A stretch of DNA of 63,261 nt, the filler included, from Candidatus Woesearchaeota archaeon (GTDB lineage: Archaea > Nanobdellota > Nanobdellia > Woesearchaeales > B72-G16), in NCBI GenBank assembly GCA_003650545.1. It is 3 parts of 3 records of this genome, joined end to end, with 100 filler letters (N's around TTAATTAATTAA, not from the genome) between each part and the next. Parts side by side here need not be neighbours in the genome. Positions count along the whole stretch, not along the records: positions 27,727 to 53,313 come from QMQO01000018.1; 2 more parts are not named here. One strand, written 5' to 3'. Shown here one piece after another: positions 32,201 through 47,200 of the stretch; the stretch's first letter is position 1, and every line of letters begins with the position of its first letter. The notes beneath the pieces were generated by a model. The model did not search any database and had not been told where the DNA came from. It saw only the letters and a program-made list of their open reading frames with translations. Made by a program: the position numbers and the translations under genes.

Positions 32201-35200
32201 GCGTGTTACATGAGCAAGCAAAGGAGGAAGAAAAAGAAAAATATGCTCAAAAGCTGGAGGATACAATAACAAAAATAAAAACAGCTGCTGAGGATATTCT
32301 GGAAAAAGTAAATGAGATGAAAGAAGGCGAGAAGCTTAGTCCTGACGAGATTAGCATGTTATACTTATATCAAGCAACACTAAAGATTGAAGAAGGGATA
32401 TCTGAAGAAAAGTTAATAGAAAAGAAGATAGAACTGATAAACATTATAATAAATAGGGTAGAAGACAAGGATAAAAACAGATATTCTTTAGAATTACATT
32501 TTCTTGAAGCAGATAAAGCTGTTCTGGAAAATAAAGTTGAGGAAATAAGTAATGCTATTGAACAGTTAAAAAAGGATATTAAGGATTGTCCAGATAATAA
32601 TTGTAAAACAAAAGTCGCTCTAAAAATTGGTGAACTCGGGCTTAGTCTTGAGTCAGATGAAAAGCTGGAAAATACTGTTAAGTTTTTAATTACGAATAAA
32701 AAAGATCTATGCAAAGATGAAGAATGTAAAGGTGCTTTCAATAGTCTTATTCTATCTGCGGGAAGAGCTAGGATTGTATTATTAGCTCAAGACGAAAATT
32801 TTAATGAAGCTAATAACATAATCGAAGAGCTTAAAAACGAAGATATAGGAGTTGGTGAGCTCGAAAAGATGATAAATCGTCTGGAAAAGATTGCATCTCT
32901 ATCTTTTGATAATGCTCTTTCAATAATTGGAGAGGCTAAGACTGAACTCGAGAGGCTAGAGTCTGGCACACAAGAGTACTATAATAAGGGACAAGAGATC
33001 AATCTTATGTATAACATTGCTTTTAAAAAGCTTATAGAGAGTGTTCCTACAGATGTTACAACAGGAGGCAGAACATATAATCAGGATGTTATAACTGAGC
33101 TTAAAGACTTAGAGAGAAGTATCCAGGATTTGCCAGAAAATGTTAAGGATGCCTTTAAAACTGGGGTGTTTAATCTAATAATGCAATATCTATTTGCAGA
33201 AGAAGTTCCAGGGATTTCTCAAGCATATCGCATAGAGACAGCGTACCAGTTGCTGCAAAGTTTTCCTGAGCTAAAGGATAAAGAAATAGAAAATAAACGG
33301 CTTGGATCCTATGTGTGGAAACTTAGGGAAACTAGCTATCCTATCCAAAGGCTTAGTTATGGAGTAGATCTTTTGGAACAAGGAGACTTGGATAAGGGGA
33401 GAGAAGTTTTTCTGGAAGCATTAAAATCTGCAGAAAAGGTTGGCATCGTAGACCAAAATTTTCTTAACTATGTTCAGAGTGTAGCATTTAATCCTAAATA
33501 TCTTGTGATAAAACCTGAAGAAGGAGAGAGTGATCCTGTCTATAAATTTTTAGAAACACATAATGTAGATGTAGAAGATAAACTGAAGAACTACATAACA
33601 CAGACAAAATTCTACCAAGCGTGGTCAGATAAATCTTCTGATCTCCAAAGCATAGTGACTGATGTTGTAGAGAGGGAGATGGAAGAAGGGACTAGCAGAG
33701 ATATCTTAGCAGTGATGCCTGATCCTGATGATCCTGACAAGAATATACAAATTCCTTTGTATGTTGTGGAAGATGAAAAAGATAAAGGAAAATGGAAGAT
33801 TATAGAGAAAAGATCTGGCAACACAATAATAACTATTGACAAAAATACAAACCTTGAACAAGCGATTAGTGATTATTATAAACAAGATGGGGATATCAAA
33901 GCGAAACAGGTTAGCCTGTTTGTTAAACGGGAAAGAAATTCTCCTGAAGAAACCAAAGCTATAAACTCAAGAGTGACACAAATAGATAACTATTTTGATA
34001 ACTTAGGAGGGGAATTAAAAGGGTTATTTATGAGAGTGCAATTAAGGGGCGACATTGACAAGCTTGAAAATCTAGTCAGGATTGGAAAATATGATGAAGC
34101 AGAAAGTCTGTTTAAAAAAATTGAAGAAGCTAATGTTGAAGCAGGAGGTAATCTATTTTACAATGCAGGAATTGAGTATTTATACATAAATCCTATAAAT
34201 CCTGATGAGGCTAAGGAAGAAATCGAAAAAATCTCTAAAAAGGAAATAGAGGCATCGTGGGCTGCGTTCTCTGGTAATCCTGAACTTATGGACGAGATCA
34301 TAGAAGATTCAATCGAATGGAATAAGAAACAGATTAGAGATGCAGCAAATTTAATCTCAGAAAAAGATAATATCGATGATGTGAAAGAAAAAATTCGACA
34401 AGTGCTTAGTGGCTTAAATACTGTTGTCCAGACTGGACTTGCAACAGGGAGTTATGGTATAACAGATCTTAATAAGTTTAGGCTAGAGGCAATGCCTAAA
34501 AAAGATGAAAGCAAAAAAATACAAACCCTCAAAAAAAGTATTGTTACTTATCTTGATGATGTGATTGATGTAGAAATTGAAATAAATAAGATGAAGAGAG
34601 AGCAATCAAAAAGAGGTGTTTGTGTGCAGGGAGTCTGCACTTTTGATGGTAAAGAGAATGTGCCTGAATCTGTTGTTAGAGTGAGGCTATTATCAGACGC
34701 GATTGAGGAAAACCATGAACTGGCAAGGGATATTTCACTTGAAGAGATGAGGAGAAAAACATTTGGAGAAAGAATATCTGGGTTTATTGGCGATCTCGAA
34801 GATCTTGTAGGGTTTAGTCCATCACCAGCAGGGGATTTTATACTTTCTAGGCTTGGTAGAAGAGATCCATATGAAAAGGCAGTGCATGAGCCTGTTCAAC
34901 AATTAGAATTAAGTGTTGTAGGGCAGCAGATTGATAGGATTTTGCCAATTCTGAGTGATGAGCAGCTAGATGCTGCCTGTGATTTGTTTCAGTCTAAATT
35001 GCTTCAGTATAAGCGTGGTGAATGGGATGAGGACATTGCTTTTGATGCTGAAATGTTCAGAATGACCAGTGCTTTCAGCAACGAGAGGATTGCTAGAAAC
35101 AGGGCAAGAGATAAAGAAATGCTAGACGAATATGCTGAAAGCCAAAATATTAATCTAGATGAGTTGTCAGATGAGCTAAAAAAAGAGCTAGAAAAAGAGT

Positions 35201-38200
35201 ACTGGCAAACGCCAGAATTTAGAAGTTTTTCAGACCTTACCCAAGCAGAGCGTTATCGAAGCTGGATTTCTAGGATACAAGTGCCAGAAGAAGAATGGAG
35301 CCATTCTCAGATGGTTCTTTCTGCAAATAAAGATTTTATGATAGCAAGCCAAAAACTTGAAGAGCAATCTGTGGATGGTAGTGTTGCAAACACTCTAGCC
35401 AAAGATGAATTAGCGAACACAGTAAAATACCTTACAATAAAATTAGAATCACAGATAAATGAACATAAAAATAAGAATATAGAATATAACAGAGGTTTTG
35501 AATGGCTATCGTATATAGAGCCATGGCGTTATGTTGGTGCTTCTAATCTAAATGATTTATGGGTTACTCTTGGATTCGGTGATAGGGACAAGGTTGAGGC
35601 TTATAATAATGCCGAAGAAACCAAAAAAAATATTGAAGATTCCATTGAGAACTATCGTAATAACCCAACTGAGGACAACTATAACAAACTAACTGATGAA
35701 TTAGATAGCTTAGATAAATTAGAAAAAGCTGCAGATTATGCTTATCACCAGGATCATGGCTTTATAGCAGAGACACTTAATACAGAGAACGTTGTTAAAA
35801 CTGCAGCTGCATTAGTTTTTGCAGAGGTTGCGCCTGCGTTGATTGGGTTGAGGGCTGCAGAGGTGGGCGAAGCTGTTGAGACTGGCATAAAAGCAAAACA
35901 GATTGCAAGCAAAACCAGATTAGCAGTTAGAATGGCTGAGGCTGCCAGAAAGGGATTTACCACAGGTATTTTATTTGAGACTGCAATGGAATTTGCAGAT
36001 GGAAACTTCTTTACTGTGGAAGGAGCGCTTGGTGCTCCAGAAAGAATGTTGACTGGCGCACTTATGTTTGCAACAGGTGGTGCTGCTGAAGTAGGGATTA
36101 GCCCTCTTACAAACATACTTAGATATAGAAGCGAAGCTGCTGCACGGAGGTATCTTACTGAGACAGGAGCTAAAAGATTGCAATCTGCTATAGCTGCGAG
36201 AGCATGGAATACTGGTGCCTCAGCAATTAATTTTGGGGCGATGACAGCCGGATTTGCTGAGGTTAGTGCTCTGCAAAAGGGAATGCTTTATCCTGATCCA
36301 AAAACATTGGGAGAGACAGCTGTGACACTTGGTCTGTATAAGGTGGTTGGTACAGGCGTTGGTAAAGTCTTAGAGCCTGTAGAACGGTTGAGGATTATAA
36401 AAAACCTTGAAATCAGATCAAAAAAATACGATGAAAAGATAGGGGAATTTAACCAGAAAGCACAAGATATACTGAATGGAGTTAAGGATGACACAACAAG
36501 AACAAAGATAGAAAATATTTTTCAAAAAGAGATTTCTTACAGAGAAAAAGCTGAAGAATTGTACAAGATAGAAACTGAAAATCGTGAACTGAAGACACAG
36601 ATTGAACAAATGGCTGATTTTCTTCGTCAGGCTTCTGGTGCTAGATTAACCAGAGATTATCTAAATTATGAGATCGAGATGCGCAAACATGAACAGAATG
36701 TGAATGAAAACAATATAAAATCAGAAAAGTACTTTGACCAGATTGAGAAAGTTATTAAGGCAAAAGAGACACTACTGGAAACAGAATATGAGGAAGGAAT
36801 TATTAATGATCAGGGATATGACATTGGAAAAAAAGAGATCGAACTGGAAAAAAAGCTTTCAAATAGGAAAAAACTGTATCTAAATCTTAAAGAAGCTAAT
36901 GAAGAACTAGGTGAGCTTGAAGCTCGAGGTAAAATAGAAAATTCTGAAAAAAAACTAAAAGAGAACTTTGAGCTAATAACAGACATTGAAGAAAGTGATT
37001 CAAGAATCCGCTCTCTCAGGGAAGAACTTAAAAAGAATAGAGCCGGGGAGGTTGAGGCTAAGATAAGAACACAGACAGAGGCAAACATCCTTACAAAAAT
37101 GGTTGAACTGAAAGAAGCATTATTCAAGAAAGATCTGCTAGAGCAAAAGATTAACACTGAAAAGCAAAGACTAATCCTAGAGAAGATGCAAGAGGGTCTT
37201 AGTTTTGCTAAAGCCAAAGCTGATGTCGAGGCTGTATTCCAAGAAAAGCTAACTGAGTTTGAAAAAGGAGAAGTTAAAAGTAAACATGGATATGAAGAAC
37301 TGATAAGACTGATAATAGAAAAAGGTACACTAGAAAAGGATATTCCTAGTATAGAAACAGAGTTGAATGAGTTAAGTTATCAACAGATTCAGGAAGTAGA
37401 AGAAGCAAAAAAAGAAGCAAAGAGAATTGCTAGGGAAATTCGTAGGTTTAAAAAAATTGAAAATAGAATTAAGAATAAGAATATTAAACCTAATGTTAAA
37501 AATATAATTGATCTTTTAGAGAACAACAGACTTCCAACTGACCTAGAAGAACTCAAGAACACTGTACTGGAAAATTTAAACAGAGAAGAACTAAAATTCT
37601 TAAATGCACGTATTGAAGAAGCTGAGAAGATTACTGGGTTAACAGCAACAGAAGAACAGGCTGCAACAGCAATAATGAATAGTCTAACCAAAAATAGTTT
37701 AATAATATCTGTGCCGACAGGCAGAGGTAAAAATGTTTTCATCACACCAGAAATGGTGTTGACTGAGTTGCGTGCAGGAAGAAAAACCCTGATAATTGAA
37801 CCTGATGATAACCTAAAAAGAGCTACATATAATTATCTTGTTGAAAAGCTCAAAGGAAAAGTCAGAAGCATAGTTCAACCAGAGATTGACATGCGCACAT
37901 TAGATGACAGGATTGCTGCAGATATTCAGAATGCAGATGTTGTTGTGATAACTTTAGAAGAATACATTAATATCAAAGGTGCAGAGAGAGCATTAATTGG
38001 CAAGGAAAATGAACTTGCAACGGGAATCATGAATGATTTTGGAGAAAGATTTAACATATTTGATGAAGCACATGAAATTGCAAATGCTAATCCTCTTATC
38101 TGGGTGAGGGCAGAAAAACCACTAAAAAGTATAGAAGGTGGCAGAGAAAAAATATTCGCTAACAAAATCTTGTTTGAAGTTCTTAAAGAAGTAGGCAACA

Positions 38201-41200
38201 TAAAAACAGGAGAAGTTTTTGAATTTAATAAAGAAATTTTGAAGACATGGGATGATCTTATAAATGAGGTTAATGATGAATTTAAAAATGGTAGGATAAC
38301 TGAAGAAGAGAAAAATAATAAGCTAAAACAGATTGAAAATAATAAAAACAGAGCAAGATATCCGAGTGAATTTAAGCCTGAGATATTAAAAGAAATATTA
38401 GATAGGATTAAAAATGAGTTACGGGCTCAAGGCAAACTAACAGATGAATTTAATGCAATGAATGTTAATGACCTAATATCAGGCGAAAAGGATATCATCA
38501 AACCATATACTGAGTTATTACAAGGATATAGCCAAGCATTGGCATCAAGATATTGCGAGGATTATGCTCTGGCTGAGCAAGGGGCTTCGCCTACAACACA
38601 AAGAAGGGCAAACACAAGACTGTCGTTTGGAGACATAGATATGCAGATTGCTCTGAACACGCTTGTTGGAAAGGAGGATGTTTCTCAAATCAAAGTTAAA
38701 ACAGATGCTATTCAGACAGAAATAACTGATGTGCTTGTTGATCTTGCTAAGAGAGGAACACAAACACGATTTCTAACTGCAACGCCAGAAAAAGTGAATA
38801 AACAGCTCAGAGCACTGCTTGGATCTGAACAGTTTACTGTTGCATCAGGACAATCAAGGTACACCAATCTTGTCGATATCATAGAAAATGGTTACAAAGA
38901 GATATTTCCAAATGAGAGGCAAATAGTCAATCCCTTGCCAGGGGATACTAAAGTTGAATTTAGAAAAGTTGAGGTTAACGAGAAGTATTTAGATGATATA
39001 ATAAAGGAAGCAGAAACAAATGTAATTGTTGTACATGATGGTGATATTTATAAATCATTAATAGACATGAGTAAAAATGTTCTTCCTGAAATAGATTCTG
39101 TACTATACAGAAATCCTGATGCTAAACCTGGTGAAACAGTTGGTGGAAAATATTATGAGATTCGAATAGAAGATAGAAATTTTAAAGAAAGCCCTGTTAA
39201 AGATCTGAAAAAATGGATTCTTGATAAGCAACTAGCTGACAAAAAAGTTCTAGTTCTAACTAATCAAAGGGCTGGCCTAGACCAGCTTACATTAGGTTCG
39301 TTTGAGTATGTACGTGATCAGGTCAAGAATGGAGAGGTTGCAGAGATACGCTTGTTTGATGAAAATGGAAAGATTAGAAAGATAGAGAAAATTGATCCAA
39401 ATGAAAAGGGTGTTGATGAAGCTCTGGAAAAACTTCAAGATGCGTATAACAAAGGAGGTAATGAAATTGTATTACAAAAGTTCACAAATGCAGACAGGGT
39501 TAACTACCGCATTGTTACAAGCGAATTAAATGAAATCACAGAGTTGTTACAGGAACTTGGTAGAAGAAGAAGTTCTGCAGACAGGCTTTTTATTGACTAC
39601 ATTGGGCCGGAGAAGATGGAACTGAATAAGTTTATCGAGACTAGCATGAGAAATGAAAAAGCTAGTGAGCAAGAGAATGTGCATCGTTTTGATCAAGACA
39701 TGGCAAGACAGGTGTTGAAAACTCTTCTTGGCGAGGCTAAAGAATTAAGGCCTGATAGAGCTGCTGAAATAATAGAAGCAATAAAAGAGTTTGATGATTT
39801 GGCTCGATCTAGAAGAACAACACTTGAGTACAAAGACATCACAGGAAAAGAACAGTTTGTTGACACACTCGAATTTATAACTGACTATGCAAACGAGATT
39901 ACGAAAAAAGAATGGTTTAATGAGCTTCCAGATGGATTAAAAGGGAAAATAACAAAGATTGCTGATTATGAAGTGCCAAAAGCTAAAAATATTAGGCTAA
40001 AAGGTAAAGGAGATGAGAGAACTCTAAGCACAGCAGAAGACCTAGAGACATTTATGGATATATTACAAAACATAAGGGCTGAGTCTGATTGGCCTGCTTA
40101 CATAAGGACTGGAACAGGTGATGTGGCACAGGCTGTAAGAGCAGAAAATGTTGCAGAGATGCTACCAACAATGGCTTTAAAAACTCGACCTGAGGGAGCA
40201 CAAGAAGCAATAATTATAACAGCTCGTGAGATAAATAATGTTAAACTGGAAGCAGATAGGGAAAAGGTGGATCCTGCTGTCTACGCCCTTCAAAAGAAAC
40301 AAGAAGAAACCAGGTCTGACCAAGCCATGCCCAGAATTTTAGTAGAAGATGTTCTAGCTAAGGAATTAGGTTATGAAAGATCTCGAGAAGGTTACATAGA
40401 TGTAGATCTGAATAAGCTTGCTGAAAATGATGAAGTCCGAGAGAGAACTGCAGCATATAGATACATACTAGACCATCAGATGGCAACACATGAACAAGAA
40501 GAAGGGAAAGTAATAACTAAAATAGGCGATAAAGTTGTAGAAGAAGAAGAACAAAAAAGGTATGTTGAGTCAGCATTTGCCCTGGCACAGATGATAGAAG
40601 ATAACCTGATAAATGCACATATAGACTCTGAGAGAAAGATTGTTTTGGACCAGGGTTTGAGTGATAAGAATGTAATGCAAAAGCTTAAACAGTTGTCTGA
40701 TAATGGTGTGACTGTTAAGAAGGAGATAGATGGATTACACTGGTATATTAATGGATATTCAGAATCTGTTGAGAAAGAAACTATAGAAGATATTCTTGAG
40801 GGCAGAGAGCCAGGAATAAGACCTAAGATGCGAGCTAAAGAGCAAGCTAAAAATCAGGTAAGAGAAATCTTTAAGGAGATAAGAAGTGTAGATGATCGAA
40901 TAAAAATTCTGGAACAAGTAATAGATAGTATACAACAGCTAGAACAAGCTGCAATATCAACAACAGAAGCAGAAAAAATTGGAATTAGTGAAGAGGAAAT
41001 TAATGTACTCAGTGATGCTTTAGAACAGATAGGACTAAAAGAGTTGACTGATGTTTTGAAAGGGATGTTGAAAAAAGCAGAAGCCGAGCAAAAGGAACAA
41101 GAGCAAAAGAAACAAGCAGAGATAAAAGCAAGAGAGTCTGCAGGGTTGGTGTCGGCTGATGAGATTCAAGGTTTCCTAAAAACCCTAAAAACACAGACTG

Positions 41201-44200
41201 ATTTATTTAAAGATGTTAAGGGTGCTGTTTTTGAGGTAGAAGCGGATGACGATGACAGGAATGTGTTTACTATTGGGTTTAAAGGGACTGATAAAACTGG
41301 AGAGGTCAAGGCTAAAGCAAAGATAACACTCCAAAAAATACAAGGAGCAACAGAAGATCTACAGACCATGACTCTAGAAATTCTTGAGCTGCCTGCTGAA
41401 TCAAAACATAAACAGAGTTTCTATGATTCAATTGAGAATTATGCTCATTACAAAGGAATTGAACAGATTGATATAGTAATCAAGCCAAACTTGGTTGCAA
41501 GACTACTACCTGGATCTGATTTTCGGTTCTTGCGTAGAAATGGTTTCATTGTTCACAAAGAAGATTTTACAAAAACTGGGTTATGGGAGATAAGTATGAT
41601 AAAGCCTCTGACACAAGAAAGGCTTAATGACTTACTGAAGTTTATCAGTGCTAAGCAGGATATTTTAACAGAGGATAGAGATAAACTAGAGAGTGAACTA
41701 GGACCAAAGTTTGCAAAATACCAAGGTCTAATCGATAGGCTTGCAGATATAAAAACCAGCTCTATTAAAGCAGCTGTTGCAGGGGATCAAGCTAGACATA
41801 CTTTAATAGAATCATTGGTAAAAACTGTTCTTGGTTATGGTATTGTTCAGAACATCATGGTCATGACTAGCTTCTTTAAACAAAAACCGATTAGTCTTCA
41901 GACATCTTTCACTGAGAGGAGTCTGGTTACAGTAACAGAAACAGCACCACAGAAAGTTGAGGCGCTGGCGGAGGGTGCTGGGCGTGCTCGGCGTTTAGTT
42001 ACTAATGTTCCTAGCATTGGCTTTACAACATTTTTCTTGCAGGCGTTTGAAACTTTTGCTATGTTTGAGTTTATAAAAAGATGGCGTTTCGCGATGCCTG
42101 TCAATGAAAAAAACTTTGTTAAAACCAGGATCGTGCCTGTATTAAAGGGAATGGGCGCATATTATGTTAGCACAAAGATACTTCCTGCCTTGACATCAGC
42201 ACTAAACATGGGCGCAGCTATTGCCAACCCAATAATTGGTCTAACATTTGGCTTGACTGCAGGCTATACATACTCTGCTATCTCGCCAAAAGAAGACAAG
42301 ACTGCAAGCTTTGTCTCGTTGGCTACATTTGGCTTGACCACATTAGGAATGATGTTTGTGCCGCAGGTTCCATTGGTTGCATGGGGGGTTAGCTCGATTG
42401 CGATACCTGCTACAATCGCACTTATAAGAGGGTGTAGCAAGATAGCCAAAGATGTGGGAGAGGAGCTCTGGAGTTTTAATGTTGGTGATTTCATATTCAG
42501 GTCAGCATCAGCAGCAACAGCATACTATTTTGCAAGGATGGCTGCTGGGGCTGCAACAGAAGGAATGTTAAACACTGGTTTTCTTATCCCTGCTGGTGTT
42601 GCGGTTACAGCTGGTCTAGCTGCTGTCGGCAGCTTTGTCAGTATCAGAGGTGTAAATCAAATCACTGCTGGAGTGATCGACAGCTTTAGGAATGTCCTGA
42701 GAACCGTGAGGAAGCTAAGAACTGACCAGAGAGCACGGTTTTATGCATTAACAAGGGTAGCTGCTGCAGGAGCTGTTTGGTATGGTTTAACGCATTTTGG
42801 GGCATTGACTGGCATGATCGGAGCAGCAACACTTCCTGTTGCACCGTTTGTTGTAGGTGCAGGGATCGCTGGCTTTGGTATATATAGCTTGTTTGGTTAT
42901 AAACCATTTGTAAGAGCACTCTCTACAGAAGCTGCAGATATTGGGATAAAATTAACTATTAGATCTGCACTAGCAGGTGGTATGCTAAGTTTGGCTTACA
43001 GAACTGGACTTTTCACTGGCATAGGAAGCATACCCCTTTATCTACTTATAACAGGGGTGCATGTCAGCTCGTACATTGCTGGAAATAAAATAATCGAGAC
43101 TCTTAGAGGTTTGGTGTTCAAGGATATTTCAACAGAATTACTTGATAAGATTAAGGAGGATGCTGCAAGAGAAAATATAAATGTAGATTCATACAGGGTT
43201 AAGCATGTTGGACCTGAAACACATATCATCTTTACCTACAATACAGAGAATGTGTTTGGCATGGTGATCAACACTCAGACGCATGGCCTAACGGTTTCTT
43301 CTTATAAGGAGGATGTTAAAAAAGAAGATGAAGATGTAAGCAGAATTGTAACTGAGAATATTAATAGTATTCTGGATGAGGATTTGGATAAGATACTGAA
43401 ATTTGAAAAGCAACTTGAAGATCTTAACAATAAAATAAAGATGACTAAAAAAACAACAAGACAATTGAAAAGACTGGAAAAAAGAGGGAACCTAAGAGGG
43501 GTAGAGACGCCTTTGCTGAATAGGGTTAGAGCAGACATTAAAAGTCTATATGAAAAAACAAGAAAAATGGTTAAAGTTCCTATATCTAAAGTGAGGATAG
43601 AAGAAGTAGTAAAGAAAGGAGTAAAAATAATAAATATTGAACTTCAAAAAATAAGCCCTATATTGTCCAAAATTAGTGTTGGGATGCCTCAGCTTGGAAG
43701 AACTACTGGCATAACAATAGCTATAGGTGTTGGTGTTGGTGGTTTCACCTTAATCGCAGCTGCGCCCTTTGCAGGTGTTGTTGCTGTTCCACTTGGGATG
43801 ATTGTTGGAGGTATAGGCGTAGTTAGTTATACACTAATCAATGTTATGAGAGAGATAACATTTGAAACACCGCTAACACGAGAATTACCAAAAATAGATG
43901 ACAGAGCTGAAGTGTTGAGGGCAGCTTCTGAAAGAAGAATAAAAACTATTACCTCACCTGTAGATAAAAGAACAGTTGTGATTGGAGATATCCATGCTTC
44001 GTTAGATGCTTTGAAAGAAAGCCTTATTGCTGCAGGCTTGATTGATACTGAGGATAATTGGATTGGAGGCGATAATCGCTTTATACAGACAGGAGATGTT
44101 ATTGATCGTGGCCCTGACTCTATTGAGTGTTATGATTTCCTAAGGGAGCTACAACAAAAAGCAGAGAGTGCTGGCGGAGAAGTTGTGAGACTGCTTGGAA

Positions 44201-47200
44201 ATCATGAGTTGTTATTATTGCAGAATGTTGATAATAGATTTGCAACAGAGTCAATTTCTGACAAAGAGCAAAGAGAAGAATTAAGAAGCAAAATAATAGA
44301 GGATATAAAATCAGGAGATGTAAAGGCAGCTTATTATGTTGCAGGTCACATGGTGTTGCATGGTGGTTATGTGCCGGATGCTTTCCCGGAATTTAAAGAT
44401 AATAGTCCTGAACAAATTGTAGATCAGCTTAATGAAAGACTTGTTGAAGCTATAAATACTGAGGATTATGAAAATGATCAAATATTTAAAGCTGGCGTAT
44501 CTAGAGAGGGGGAGGGGTTGCCTGGCATATTCTGGGCTGATTATTATAAAGATCTAGTTTATTTCGATCTAGCACTAAATAAAGCTGATCTTCCTGACCA
44601 AATAGTTGGTCATACTCCGACAAGAAAAAGTACTCCGACAGAAAGGAGAAAAATTGTTACCTCAGATTTTAAAAAAATTATTGATATTGATGTTGGACAT
44701 GCTGAATATTATGGTGGTTACAGAGCCCAATTAATCATAAAAGAAAATGAAATTTTTGCTAAAGAACCAACTGAAGATGAGATTAAAAATTTTAGAGATA
44801 AAGCAAGCCATCTAAAGCGTAATGGAATCATCTATGGAGTCTTTAATCCTGTAACAGGTAGAATCGTTATTAACATTGATGCTACAAGGGAAGCTTTTAA
44901 AGACGAACTTAGAGGAAAAGCCCTAGATAAAGTGCAAGCGTTCGTCTTTTCACATGAGATACTGCATGCAATACTGGCTAGAGCAAAGATAACTCTGTCT
45001 GAAAGGCGTGAAGAGGCACTTGCAGATGCCTTTGCAAGAGCCATGATTAATGCTGAAAAGCCTGACGATGTCGAATCGATTAACAGGTTTATCAAGAGGT
45101 TTAATCTTAAGCAGAGAAATCCAAGAATAGCTGACCTGCTTGATGTTGCAAAACAAAGAACAGACTATCCGGGTTTCTTTCTCAACCTTGAGTTGGCTGG
45201 AATCACACCTTACAATGTCGAAGTCCGTGGCATAGAAGATATAATCTTCGAGGAGGTTATTAGTAGAGAGGTTGAGCAGGCTGCAGTTTCGATTCTTAAA
45301 CTAGAAGAGCCAACACCGGGTATCATAGAAAAGATAAGAAATGAACTTAATATTGCACAAGGAGAGGCAATTGAAAAAGCAAGAGCTGCACTAAAAAGAA
45401 GTAAATCTGCACAAAAGCGTTACGAAGAACTGAAAGGCATAGCAGAAGCTAAACAGAGATTATATAGTGTTATAGACAGAATATACAGAGACACGCCTGC
45501 TTATGCAGCAAATAATGTGTTAGCAAGAAATAATTATTATACTGAGCGTGGTGTTAGAGAAGGTGAACTGACAACAGTTGAGTTTGCTTTGAACATCAAA
45601 CACCTTAATAGCGAAATTGGTCCAGAGGCAACAGACTCTGTGCTGAATGCTGTTTCATTTGCCATAGATAATATTGTAAAGGAAAGTACAGAAGCAGATA
45701 GTCTCAGAAGTAATACAGGTACAAAAGTGTTGAGGAATGACGCTAAGAATATCGAGACAATCATAACCAAGATTGCAAGCGGAGAGTTTGTGATAGAGAA
45801 CTTCGACGGTGAGGCCGAGATCCAGGACGCTATTAATAGGCTTAGGGATAAAGATGTTGTTATTGAGGAGATCGTGAATGTTCTGGATAGCAGAGGTTTT
45901 AAAACAACTAAAACCGAGTTAAACAAGGCTGTAAAAGAAAAGGGTTATAGTGATATAAGATCTTTCCTTGACAGTAACTTTCAGGCTTATATGGGTTTTG
46001 CTAGAACAAAGTATGTTGGAATGGATAGTGCACAAAGAAATTATCTAAACGCTTTCAGGGATGGCAAATTTGTTCAACTTTCACTGATTGCAGAAATTGA
46101 GGAAGGTAAAGATGTAAGTCAGAGGGACGCAACAATTGTTGATTTGATCCAAAGAAAGAAAGCTGTTAGGGGTAGGTTTAAATCTGGTGTTTATTACAAT
46201 GACAAGGATTATGCTGGAAAAATAAAGGATGTTGTGCGATACCTCAGAAAGAGCAATGATGTTGTAAAGGAAGAGTTTAAAACTTATAGAGGGATGCTAA
46301 AGAAGAGCAGAGAAAATGTTAAGAATGTTAAAACACTGAATGATCTGATCAGAAGCTATATCTTATCAGATAAACAAGTGAGGCCTCTGGTGGATGCTAT
46401 TGCCAGAGACAGGATCGTAAAAAGGATAGCGATACATGACAGAGATGTTAGCTATCTCACATCTAGGCAGATCTGGAATTTAAGGTTGCACCAAGAGATG
46501 CAAAGAGTTTCTGAGACTGGCAGGATAATCATTGGTTCATTAGACATAAATAATCTTGGTGTTCTTAACTCAATTAACCCTGATTATGCAGATGATATGA
46601 AGAGTTTCTTGATAGAACTATTACAAAAAAGGTTTGGCTATCAAAATGTTGTGGTGACGGCTGGTGATGAGATTTCCTACCTAACCACAGGAATGACTGA
46701 AGAAGAGTTTAGAAAGATAGAGAATGATATTATAGAAAGGTATAGCGCATACGCTAAAGAGCAAGGTTACAGGATAGATGCAGACGAGGTTATAGAAGAT
46801 AAGTTAGTCAAAATAAGGGATGCAATACCCACCATTAGCTCATCATACATTGTGATAAATGGTAGAGATGTTCTTATAGGTTTAGCAAAAGAGGGTTATA
46901 AACCCTTCTTGTTTATCAATAATGCGCTTGATAGAACAGTCACAAATGTTAAGAGTGAGGGTAAGATCGCATTAAGCAGAGGAAGAACACCAACATGGTC
47001 TAGAGCTATCACACCGGCTGATGTCGGCGCTACAGCTGAGATGGTTAAGGCTAAGGGTGTGTTTGTTGAAAGACCAACACAGACATACTACCTTGATATT
47101 ATAGAAAGCATTGCAGACAAAAGGGACTCAAGATTTGAGGCTTACATGAAGAAAATTGATTCCGAGGAGATGGAAAACAGCATAAGCCAAATAAAAGCGA

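Noticed and set aside
37640..39720. Calling the ATPase a housekeeping secA gene or a DEAH RNA helicase
   Set aside because: It is an internal, highly diverged domain of a giant membrane protein; no gene symbol is justified without a profile search.
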